Source of the DNA: Callorhinchus milii
Lineage: Eukaryota
NCBI RefSeq assembly: GCF_018977255.1
Contig: NW_024704742.1
Coordinates: 100,876,001 to 100,940,000, forward strand
Direction of reading: 5' to 3'
DNA: 64,000 nt
Under the pieces are notes generated by a model. That model was not told the DNA's origin. It did not search any database and saw only the letters and a list, made by a program, of their open reading frames with translations. A program made the position numbers and the translations under genes. Shown piece by piece: positions 12,216-23,912 of this stretch (position 1 is its first letter; each line of letters starts with the position of its first letter).

Positions 12216-12904
12216 AGTCTCATCCTAGTCAGTGAGTTAAAAGTAGTGATGTTCCAAGGTGCAAACCATTATGATTTCACTATGTATGAAATCTAAACTG
12301 CTTTGTGCAGGAAAGGTGTTTTTCATGGTACACATATCAATCCCAAACTTCCTTCCATTCCCGTTTTTAATTCATCCTGTGATAATCCCTCTTTTTAAGG
12401 GAAAAATTCCCTTACTTATAGTTACACTGTTTTCTCAGGACTTTAAACATGCAGAATTTAGCACCACCAACTACTGATTATCTTCCAGGGTGGAAGGGGG
12501 GTTAAGTGGGGTATTTTTAGAGCTGAGCTGGTTCTAAGATTGACAATAGAAGGTCAGAATCAAGTCAACCCTCTGGGGTGGTCTCTCTACTCCTGTTCGT
12601 TGGTCAGGCGGCTCTGCAGTATTCCAGGGCACTGTTGATGACAGACCAGCCCGCCTGAATCATTGTCAGAAATTTGAGGCACAGACCAGTCATTGGCAGC
12701 ATGGAGTCTTTCCACTGTTAACCTTGCAAGCCAAAGCCATAATGGGTAGAGTGGGCCTTGCTAGCAACCAGTGGGAAGTTGCCAGACAGGACTCTGAATG
12801 GCAAGCTACGTAGTTTAAACAACTCCAGCAGTACCCCAAGGCACATTCTGGGTTTCAAAGCCTTGGCTCTTGCCAACCAGCAGCTCTCTAGGATTAGGTA
12901 AGCA

Positions 12905-13295
12905 AGATAATAATAATAATAATCCTTGCATTTGATATGGCGCTTTTCACGTCTTATAGACATCGCAAAGAGCCTCACAGAATAATACTAATGATAATCA
13001 TTGAATTTGATATAGCGCTTTTCACGTCGGGAGGACGTCCCAAAGCGCTTCACAGAATACACTGTAAAGTGAATTGACTGTATATTTGTGGGCAAATGCG
13101 GCAGCCAATTGCGCACAGCAATGTCCCACAAACAGTTGTAGATTGAAAATGACCAATTTATTATTGTTTTTGGAGGGATTATTATTAGGTGTGTGGAGTA
13201 AGGAAACTTGCCCAAGGTTTCGCCCTCTGCCTGGAATTGAACTCAGGTCTCTCACTTGCAAAGCGAGTGCTCTAACCACTGAGCTACAGGACTCC
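12905..13295 (-). mobile_element. CmiSINE-like short variant (12988-13295) plus an adjacent second SINE tail (12905-12987)
   Basis: Reverse complement closely matches 62715-63046. Confidence 0.95.
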
Positions 13296-13814
13296 TGTGA
13301 TGTGTACTTCCAGGGAGATTGTGCATATTCAATTCCAGATACGAGAATTTCCTTGCGTACATATGTGGACTCTCAGTCTATTTTGGATACTTAAATATGG
13401 CAAGTTTGTAAATTGCAATTTAATATTTGAAAGGAGTTTTATGAAGGTAAGTGAAAAACACAATAACCTTGAAGAAAAATGTAACAGCTGCCTTATTTCA
13501 AACACCTGGAATGAATTAATGAATTCTCAGGCTTTAGGCAAGGTATTATGCCTACTTACATTCAACAGGTGATCTAAGCACTAATGTGGAAGCTCATCCA
13601 TTTCCACAGATTTGCTGCTAAACGGTTGGCGAGGCAGCAATACTGTTATGCTATTGCTGGCTTCTTTGCTTGTGATGGACTGCATGCACGTGGAGATATA
13701 GCTACTGACAGTCATTCGAATGATGTATATTAACTGCAAAGACTTCTGTTGACACAGAATACAAGGGGTCAGTGATACACAAAGCAAAGATCTTACATTT
13801 GAATGCCCAAAATA

Positions 13815-14043
13815 CAATAATAATAATCCTTGCACTTGATATAATGCCTTATCACGTCTTTGTGACATCTCAAAGCGCTTCACAGAATATACTGTTTAAA
13901 GTGGATTGACTGTATATTTTGTGGGCGAAGGGCGGCATCCAATTGTGCACAATAGTGTCCTACAAACAGTCGTGGATTAAGTGACCAAATTATTATTATT
14001 ATTATTTTTATTTATTTATTTTCAAGTGATTATTACCCCAGAA
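13815..14043 (-). mobile_element. CmiSINE-like 3' half
   Basis: Tail and Deu-like 3' segment, ending in GATTATTACCCCAGAAAAG of the long variant. Confidence 0.85.
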
Positions 14044-16376
14044 AAGGTGGCTACTATTGTACAAGTTCGGTCAACATTTTCCATTTGCCACTATCCCCAA
14101 TTAAGATGTCTATTAATACAGCTAAATTTACACTGACTTGACCAAATCAAAGTTTTTAAATTAAACCAGATGACAATAGCCAAAAATTGGTCTGAAAGAG
14201 ACTGAGAACGGTGCTCATTAAGCCTTAAAACCCAAGCTTCCTCTATTGATCCTATTGCACTAATCCAGAGTTCTCAGTCAGGTTTGGATACTCTTAAAGC
14301 ATGTTGATGTATCAGCAACTTGGGAAGTCCTCCTGATGTGAAAAGTGCTATGCAAATGTAATTTTGTATTGTATTGTTTCTGCACATGGCTGACCAAACA
14401 AATTGTAAATCAAATAATTTTATTGCTTCTAGAAATGACACGGATCCCATTTTCTCTGACATTACTCACAGATATCACTGTAAATATACATTGTGCTTTA
14501 TCTTGCAAACAAGTGATCTACTTTATATTGAGAAGGTGACATTAACGATTCAGTTCACACATTCTCCTGCAATATTTAAGAGATTTAAAATAGTCTGTGT
14601 ACAAAGTAGTTGACAAAGTATACACTGAATTATCTTTATATTACAAGGTTGTAGGTTTGAAACACTTTTGGAACATCTTACCTGAAATTCTGGGAGCCAA
14701 CCATTGAAAGAGTTAATGGCAGTTTCCAATTTTTATTTGTAGTTGCACCAAAATATCTTGGGAGGGTCTCTAGAAACTGCCATCAAGTGGCACAGCAAAT
14801 TCCAACCTGACATGGCTTTTGACTGCATAGTTAATAATGAAATTAATGAGCTCTTGTCACCTACATTATCTTCATCTGGAACTACTGAGGGATGATCTTT
14901 TAGGTGTTGTACCTTTCCAACACAATCAAAAAGTTATATCCAAATGTCTCTGAAGTTTATGAACTGTGAAGGAGTTTTTAAATCAAGTCAAAGCGACGCT
15001 AGTCATGAGCAAAATGGTCACTTGAGGCAGTTCATCCTCTCGATCAGCTTCAGCTTGTAACTTGCACTTTAAGAGTGCGGAGAAGGGTGATCCCTATTGA
15101 CCTCTGTTAAAAACACAGCAATATATGTTATTGCTTCCTGGCTGGATCCCTTCTTCCACTTGCAACCTGTTCATCCCCTGCATCTCTGAAAGGAAGCAGC
15201 CATTGCGAATATCATCGTTGAAAGTGGCCAACAGCACCGGTTGTTGGGTACCTGCCATTGTTTGGAGCTCAAGGCCACAGCAGTAGTGGGGAAAAGGAAA
15301 CAGTTCCAATCAGCAGGGATCTGGCAGTCATGTGGTGATGGTGGTAATGTGGGGAAATATCAGCAAAAGGGACGTGAATTCCATGAGGAAAGTAGACACC
15401 TACAGAATCAGCATGTTGGTCATTCAAGAGGTTCTGGGGGACATTCAAAGTTGTGCCACAGGTCCAAAACATGACAGGGCAGTGTGTGAGCCCTGGCACT
15501 AATGAAGCCATTAATGGATCAAGTGACTCCACATGTTGAAAGAAAGTCTTGAGTTATGATTAAGTATTGATTATTCTTTCCACTGCCTCCAAAAAAAATG
15601 GAACCATATCCATCAATATAATTTCATTGAAACATTTGATCAGATGCGTTGTGTTAAACGTTATTATGTGTTAAAGATTATTCGCTATTTATTTTCTGGA
15701 CTGAGTCATGTGGATGCTTTCTCAAAGCTCTAACAGATTTTCAAATGGCTACTTTTCGTATCAGCAGTTTGAGCAAAGACCAACGTATATCCTCCCTCCA
15801 GAATGTCTAGCAAATTAAGAACTGGTATCCTGTATATATCATATATAGTAAACAAACAAAGCACCATTTCTTCGATCAAGTTTATTTACTCTACAAACAT
15901 CTTATATACTTTTCATGTGCTCTGCATTAACTTGTCTTACATCCAGAAACTCAATCTTGCATCATTTCTTGCCACCTTCCAAATCCATTTGCTTTGTTCA
16001 ATGGCACATAGAAGATTTAATTGTTTCATTGTTGTTTTGTGGAGGATTTGATCAAATACCCGAATAAACTTCAGTTTTATCCTTAATCAGATACATGTCC
16101 AATTCTTTTGAAATAGTATTTTAACTCACATGGCATGAAGTGCTTCAGCTAAAAATGTGTTCCCAAGTTCCATCACCTAATTAAAATAATAAAATTCTTC
16201 TAATTTCTCCTACTGCTGCAGGCTTATTAATTCTTCAATAATTACTTCTTCTTTTGCCTTTATAATCTAAATTAAGTTACTGTTGAAATGTATATTATTC
16301 ATACCTCTCTGCATTTTAATAGTTTGTATTATGTGCCCCAGTGAGATTATTTTCTTAAGCTTGAAGACATTCCCAA

Positions 16377-16700
16377 TGGAGTCCTGTAGCTCAGTGGTCA
16401 GAGCACTCGTCTTGCAAGTGAGAAACCTTGGTTTGATTCCTGGCAGGGTGAAACCTTGGGCAAGTTTCCTTACTCCACACGCCTGATAATAATCCCTCAA
16501 GAAAAAAAATTAATAATTTGGTCATTCATTCACAACTGTTTGTGGGACACTGCTGTGCGCAATTGGCTGCCAGATTTCACCCACAAAATAAAGTCAATTC
16601 ACTTTACAGTTTATTCTGTGAAGCGCTTTGAGACATCTAGAAGATGTGAAAAGCGCCATATCAAATGCAAGGATTATTATTATTATTAGGATTATTATAT
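16377..16700 (+). mobile_element. CmiSINE-like SINE, short/intermediate variant
   Basis: Full tRNA head through (ATT)n tail. Confidence 0.95.
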
Positions 16701-16824
16701 GAAGTCTCCATTTCATTCAAAAGCATAACAGCAGGTGTAGATTGCAATTTTCAATTTTAAGTAATACCTGATGTCAAACAGTCGAAGAGGTTTTGCTTCT
16801 GACATGTTGGTAAGTCAAATTGTA

Positions 16825-16985
16825 AAAATAATCCTTATCACATCATCAGTACATCTCAAAGTGGTTTACAGGAATTTACTGTGAAGTGCAGTGACTGTGC
16901 ATTTGTATGCAAATGTGGCATACAATTTGTGCACAGCAATGTCCCACTAACACCCATGAAGTGAGTAACCAATTTTATTTGGGGG
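16825..16985 (-). mobile_element. Deu-SINE 3' fragment
   Basis: GCACAGCAATGTCCCAC plus tail on the minus strand. Confidence 0.75.
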
Positions 16986-18214
16986 AAAATTAACTATAAA
17001 TGACAGATTTATAGTAAACTATGGCAATAATAGGAGAAACTCCTTTCTGTTTTCAAATATTGCCATTGCATCGTTATTATCCACCTGATTTTGTGCTTTT
17101 GAGACCAAACAGAGCAGAACACTTGTCAACAGTGGAGACCGACATGAGAAAACGTATTGATGGGTTTTATTTTCCATATACCATAAAACGTCATTGGATG
17201 AAATAACTCTTTAATCTGGTGTACATAGGGAGACACTGTTTCATTGATCAAGCTTTCAATGTTGGGTGTGCATGAGTTTCCTTGCATGCTACACTATTTC
17301 CCTGGTTTATAGTGTGCAGCAAACCATTCAGATGTTTTTTCACATTTAAAAGTAACATCAAACCCCACTTTATGGGCTCCAGAAGGAAATGTACATAAGA
17401 AAAAAAGCCATTTCATCTGGACCAATCCATCAGTAAACTTTCATGAGGTGCATTTAACTACTCCGAGTGATGTGATGATACGTTGCTTCTCTACAATATT
17501 AGAATTCTACTTTGTGGCCTATGTCACATGTGAACACTATGTGAAGATGATTATTGCTGGGGGAACAGATATTTGTTACCAACCAGCCACTAAGCATTTC
17601 CGTGAAGGTATTGTACTTTTATCTTGCGTTAAAATTATACAACTCTCCTTTCCTAAGATGAAAATAAAACGAATGAACATACTTTACAAGTCTGATCTTT
17701 TGAGTAATGGAAAAAGCCTCAGCTCTTTGAAAAATTGATAACTGTGTAGTATTAGCATAGCATCAAAAAGAGAGCCTCTTACATTAACTGCTCTTCTGTG
17801 GTTGGTAAGTGCTCTTAATACAAATGTTCATATGATTACTAACCAGTTGGCCATGCATGATGTCATACATAGGCATAATGTCCCTTTCTACCATCTCATT
17901 ACATGTGTCCAGTGCAGAAAAGGGTATATTTCTGTGTGATTCTACCCCTTATAAGTGCCAGCGAAAATTTGTTCACTGTACACAGTCATTGTCTTGTCGC
18001 TTGTTCCAGCTTGTATTCAGTCTGCACGGTTGTTGAATTAGCGGTAATGCTTTGCTGTCCTGTGTTTCAGAATGAAGTACCGATTAGATATGGTTTAGTG
18101 CTGCACTTGTTAGTGCCTGGGTTTAATTATTCACAGGAATGAACAATGCATCTTCCAGGACATTTCTGAGCTGATTCTGGCTTTTCACATTGTTCCTTCA
18201 TGTGTGTTTTAAAT

Positions 18215-18836
18215 AACCAGCCTGGCTGAATTGATTTGACGCTTGTCCCTAAGACAGAAGACTGTGGATTCTAAGCCCCACGTTGCAAATTTGTCCTGAC
18301 ATGGCCTAGGCTGGCACTCCAATGGCATGCTGCGGTGTACTACATTGTTGGAGGTGCACTCTTTTAGATGAGATATCAGATAGAAGTGAAAGAATGCATG
18401 GCAACATTAAAAAAGAGTTTCTCCCGGTGTCTTGGCCAATGATTCTCCAGATAAAATTGGACATTCAACAACAACAACAACAACAAGATTCCATTTATAA
18501 AGCGCCTTTCACGTCAGGAGGACGTCCCAAGGCGCTGCACAGTTGGGTCATGACCCGAGCAGGGGGGAAATGGTCAGGGTGAAGGAAGGGAGGGAGCAAG
18601 GAGGGGGGAAATGGTCAGGGTGAGGGGAGGGAAGGGAGGGAGGGAGCGAGGAGGGGGAAAAGAGTCGAGAGGGGAGCTGAAGGCACGGTCAAAGAGAAAG
18701 GTTTTGAGACCGGCCTTGAAGGAGGAGAGGGAGGAAGCAAGGCGAAGGCACTGGGGGATGGAGTTCCAGAGCCTGGGGGCTGAGAGGCTGAAGGCCCGAC
18801 CACCGATGGTAGGGCGATTCGCATCACAACTGTTTC
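18215..18836 (+). mobile_element. SacSINE1-like SINE interrupted by a young L2
   Basis: Deu core runs to ATAAAATTGGACATTC and resumes ATTCGCATCACAACTGTTT at 18817. Confidence 0.8.
18467..18816 (-). mobile_element. Young 5'-truncated L2 3' end
   Basis: (CAA)n tail; near-identical to 40095-40438; ATTC duplicated at 18463-18466 and 18817-18820. Confidence 0.95.
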
Positions 18837-20309
18837 AATGAATGAAATAACTTGTGGTGGAATCTATTAGTGCACATGCCTGCCCACCTTTGTGTGTCAG
18901 GCACGGCCAAATCAGCTGAAGGCTCAAACCCATGGTCACAGTGATCCACAGATCAACCCTGGGTGAGTCATCGTGTGGATGTTGCCAGTTCTGATCTCTG
19001 GCAACCTTCAGGTTTTCTCTAATCCATCAATTAAAAGGAGTCAGGCCCAGGGAAACTTTCCCCCAGGTAATGGTTTGTCCTCCAAGCCCTGCTGATGTGG
19101 CAACTTGGCTGCATTGTCATCAGCAGTGCTTTGGTGTGTTGCAGATCTGGTTGGCTAAGGAAGCAGACTGTAAAGGAATGACTCCGATATTCAATTGCCA
19201 GGCATGTCACCAAGGAGCCAGCTCAGCCCCAAGACGACTGAGTTTATCTACCCAGGAGGATATTCACAACTATTTGTGTACAATCAATCATTTGGCTTTT
19301 GCCGGGTCACATCCCATGTCTCATTTTTCATGCTGTCACTTTTCAAGATTAATTGAAAGAACAGAGCACACAAATATATAATTGACTTTTGCTGGTAAAC
19401 GCAAGAGCAAAATTGTTCAGTAATTTGTCAGCAGTGTTTAAAATATTAATATAGGGAAATTACTCTTCTTAAAAAATGAATTATATCTTGTTAAGAAGTG
19501 TTTGACTCAGAGCAGTAAATTTAATCTGTGGATTTGCATTACTTTTCAAGAAAGTAATGTAATTGCTATCTTTTGAGTTTCTTCCTATGTTGACTGCCAT
19601 TCCGATAAGATAAGGAACCTATGTAGCAAGCTGGAGAATGTGAGAGGGAAAGAGAGAGAAAAACACTATACTTCAGCCAACCTAAAGGTTCTTAGATCAA
19701 TATAATACTGTAGAAAAGCAGTGTTTGGAGAAATCTGTCAGTGATTATCTAGGTGTACGTGACCAGAGGTCTAATTACTAAGGTAAGGGTTAGAAATACT
19801 CTTGCACGATGGGGAGGAAAAGTATTATTTAGTATTTTGCTTGCTCTTTTTGATTGAGAATATATTCTATCTTTCCATTATAAGAGGTTTAATCCATTTG
19901 ACATTGTCCAGAAACACTTTCAGTCAAACCTATTTTGTGGTGCTTTGTAATAAACATCAAATAAGCTCTTTGGAATTGAAGAGGTTTAAAAAAATGTTAG
20001 ACTGGAGGCGAGGAATACGCAGTGCACAGATTACTGGGTGAGAAACTAAATAGAATAGTTCATATTTTTAAAATGCATCCTTAGGAACACAGGAACAGGA
20101 GTAAGCAATTTAACCCCTTGAGCCCACAGAACAATAGCTGAGTATGAAAATTTAGCACATTAAAGAATCCAATCATGTTCTGACAAGGTGTTTATATATC
20201 CTCATTACAGTGTTGTCCATTTATATGACATTGTTAAATCCCTGGTGATAGTAAGAAAGATGAAAACGTTCAGAATTATTGTTTAGTTACTAAAACCACT
20301 TCCCTGTTT

Positions 20310-20505
20310 GAAACCTGAGAGATCCGAGGTCTGATCCCGTGTCTGTGTTGAGTTAGCTGATCTCACCAGGACAGCAGGACAGCTTGCCACACATGGTTTG
20401 AATGTCCCCGGGAAACCAAAAAGAAGGAAAATATTGGTCAGGATTCCTGATTATGATTGAACCATGGCATTGTAGGCCTAGAAAGAGTGCCTTGGGGAGA
20501 GGAAG
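20310..20505 (+). mobile_element. Degraded ancient tRNA-SINE fragment
   Basis: GGTCTGATCCCGTGTCTGTGTTGAGTTAGCTGATCTCA head and GCCTTGGGGAGAGGA end resemble an old gnathostome SINE family (from recall). Confidence 0.5.
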
Positions 20506-21644
20506 AAACAACAGTGACAACAACTTGCATTTATATAGCTCCCTCATGCAGGATGGAGGCTTGAAGTGCTACACTGTGCCAGGGTTGGATGCTGAACAAC
20601 TCTAAAATAGTTAAGAGTGCATGTGTGGAAAGAGGGGAGGAGGAAGGAAAGAGAAAGTAAGTGCACAAATTCCAAATCAGCGTAAGAGCTACCACAATCA
20701 GTTTCTTTACCAAAACAAAACTAAAAAGTAAAATGTTCCGAGGAACTTCTTTCCAAATCACGCAGAAAGGCACAGTGATGGATGCACTGGAACAGAATGA
20801 CAGTTACTAATTGCATTCATCTTCAGCTGTGTATGTAAAAGTGTGGTACAGTTGGCCTTGAAAACAAACAATCTTATTAGAAGTTGTGATAAATTACTGA
20901 ATAGACAGAACATCTGCAGTGCAGTATGTAACGTTTTCCAAATGTCTGCTTTATGGTGCAAATGCTCTTGGACCCAGCCCAGCATGGAAGGCACTATATA
21001 AATGCAAGTTGTTGTTGTTGTAATTGCCAATTGCCTATAAATTCCTAATCTGTAAGAGTTTTAAGTAAATTTACTCAATCTGAGGCACGCACCCTTGTCT
21101 CAATATTTGTGTATTGCGCACACACACACAACCAAAACTTAACAAATACACAAACATGCTTGCAATCAAACAATTTCAAGTGGAAATTAAATTACACCCA
21201 GGATGAGAGAATTCTAATATTAAACGGATATCAAGTAAATAACTGAACTGCTTGCATTATCAATTGTAATTTAAAGTGCTTTATATTATCTATTGTAATT
21301 TAAAGACCCAGTCATGCCTCCACTAAATCTTCTTTCTCTGATGAAAATCCAAATTAACTGGTACATTTTCCTACAAATATAGAATCACTAAACTTTACAG
21401 TAAAATCCACTGAAGTGCGTCGAGACATCCTCCCGATATGAAAGGCGCTATGCCAAATGCAAAAATTATCATTATCATATAACTGTATTTGTCTTTAGTA
21501 TAGGTATATTCTTCAGAAAATGGTTGTCATTTGGACACAATCGGCATTGAGATAAAGTCTATAATTTTTTTTAAACGGAATGAGAGAGATGTTTAATAGA
21601 GAATATTTAAAGAGATGAGGAGCAAGCAGAAGAGTAGGATTAGA

Positions 21645-22701
21645 ACAGGGATTGAATTGAAGATCCTCACTCCCACATACAAATTCCTTCACTTACTAGC
21701 GCCTTTTTTTTGTCTGATTTGCTTGCACCCCACTCCTCTGTCACCCCTTTTGCTCAGCTGGTACAGGCCTGCTGTGCATCCCCAAACCTCACCACTCTGC
21801 TGTCAGTAGTGGCTACTATGTACCTAAGCTCTGTAACTCCCTCCCACAATCCCTTCACTTTACCCCCTCTTTATTGCTCTTTAAATCACTTTAAGACCTA
21901 CCTCTTCAACCGTTGTTGGGATTTCTGATCCCGAGGTTCAAATAATGACCCGCCAATCCAATTAAGGTGTAATAGAGATTTATTAATCAAAGTAACACAT
22001 GCAAAACTAGTAAAGTAATACTGCCACTACAAGTAACAGAACTTACACTAACAGTTTTGGAGCAGTCAGTCAGCTGCAATGGTTTCAGCACACCTTCTCT
22101 CCAATGGTTCGGCTGCCCTCTTTGTCTGGCTGGATCTGCTGCCTTACTTGCCTAAAGTCAGGGTAGTTATACTTTTTCCACCTAGGGATCTTTCCCCCTT
22201 CTTCAACACAGGATATCTTGCTTCTCCCTTCCAAGGCCGAAGCCTGTCTCTGTCTGATAGAAACATTTAACGTGATCAGCATGTGTTCACAGAATACTGA
22301 GCAGCTTTACTTAGGTGCCCTCATGGAATGCAGATTTCTTGTGCCCTTCTTGAAGCTGTTCTATGCCTTCTCTCACCATCACAACTGACTGACCATTGAC
22401 CTTTTAGAACCAGGATGGCTCATTCTGCAAATTCTTAAAATGATTATGACTTATGACTAACAGTTTCTTTCTCTCCCTATTTGCTACCATCATGCTTATG
22501 TGGCTATTGATACATACATACATACATACATTTACTATTAATTCTTCTACTTACAGATTATATTTAAATCAATCTTTGCTAACATCATGCTTATGGTCAC
22601 CTCCCCCTCCCCATTGCTCAGCATCCAACCTGACACTGCAACTCTCTTGGATACTATCCTGCATGAAAAACACTATATAAATGCAAGTTGTTGTTGTTGT
22701 A
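21645..22701 (+). mobile_element. Old L2 3' end split by an LTR insertion
   Basis: AAGATCCTCACTCCCACATACAAA..AAGACCTACCTCTTCAACCGT before 21914; GCTTATGGTCACCTCCCC..AAATGCAAGTTGTTG after 22584. Confidence 0.8.
21914..22584 (-). mobile_element. Solo LTR (family unknown)
   Basis: TGTT...AACA termini interrupting a colinear L2; minus-strand AATAAA at 21979-21984 and TATA-like at 22167-22172; degenerate 4-bp flanks CCGT/TCAT. Confidence 0.7.
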
Positions 22702-22974
22702 AGCACCTTATGTAGTGAAAAATACCAGCACACATTCAATGTACTAAATGATCCGATGTTTGGTATTACGTTCTATGATTTATGTCCTGATACAGATCTG
22801 CAGGAGCAAAAGCATCTTTTAAGCAGGAGGGTAATGATGTTGAAAAGTATTCATTCTGGTAAAAGAAATACTATTGTTCAGAAAAATGTTTTGCATTTTC
22901 TATTTGAAACCCAGGATTGTTTCCTTGTATGGTTTTATATTAGAGCATTAGAGGTGGAGAGTGCAGCCTTGGAT

Positions 22975-23285
22975 GCTGATGCTGTCAGTGCCTGAGGTGC
23001 GGAGGCGCTGACGTGAGCCAATCAGGAGGGCCTCAGTTTTACGCACATTGAGCTGAAGAAAGTTGTCTCTCGTCCAGGACTCGATGTCGGACAGGCAGCT
23101 GTCAGGACATCAGTGGTCGTGGAGTTGAGGGTAGAGGAGGAAAGGTAGAGTTGGGTGTCATCCGCATACATGTGGAAGTTAACCCCATGTCTGCAGATGA
23201 TGTCACCAAGGGGGAGCATATAGAGGGTGAAGAGGAGGGGACCGAGGACAGAGCCTTGAGGAACACCACACGAGACAGTGCGGGG
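22975..23285 (-). mobile_element. L2 RT fragment
   Basis: [13 protein letters not shown] region and [25 protein letters not shown]. Confidence 0.92.
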
Positions 23286-23709
23286 GTGGAGGAAAAATGA
23301 TTCGTGGAAACAAAGTGAAGACGGTGGGAGAGGTACGACCTAAGCCACTCAAGGACAGGGCAGCTTCCTCTGCTTGTGTGCGTTTGACCTGTTTTGTCAC
23401 CAATTGCTGCACTTAGAGAAACAAAAGCTTGTAGATAAAATGAAGCACTTTATCTCAGTCCCAGCGGAAGGCATTTAATTTCAGTATTTTATCTTCAATC
23501 TTAGATTAAATGAATGTTAATTACATTGAAGTCAAAGATGCATCTGATTTTTGCAAAATCTATTGTGGGAAGGGTATTGAATGTGGGTGGGGAGGAAAAT
23601 TGGCAGTCAAGGGGTGAAGTATTTATCCATTGTTTCCAAATTTTGCTGTTAAATTAGAAGATTTGGTGTGTGTGTATCTGTGTCTGCATCCGATCCTCAG
23701 CAGTACTTA

Positions 23710-23912
23710 ATAATAATCATCCTTGCATTTTGAATTTGATAAATTGCCTTATCGCGTCGTTGAGACGTCTCAAAGTGCCCCACAAGTTATACTGTAAAGT
23801 GTATTTTGTGGGTGAAATGTGGCAGACAGTTATTTAGAGCAACGCCCCACAAGCAGCCACAGAGTGAATGACCAATTTTAATTTTATTTGGGGGATTGTT
23901 GGCTAGGACAAG
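23710..23912 (-). mobile_element. Deu-SINE 3' fragment
   Basis: TAATAATCATCCTTGCATTT tail, GAGACGTCTCAAAGTGC, GAATGACCAATTTTA. Confidence 0.75.

Noticed and set aside
15115..15190. YVIASWLDPFF peptide reminiscent of a hAT transposase LDP motif
   Set aside because: Short, closed by nearby stops, with no other transposase motifs or terminal inverted repeats seen
19089..19126. CTGCTGATG/CATCAGCAG hairpin
   Set aside because: Only 38 nt, too short for a pre-miRNA, and expected occasionally by chance
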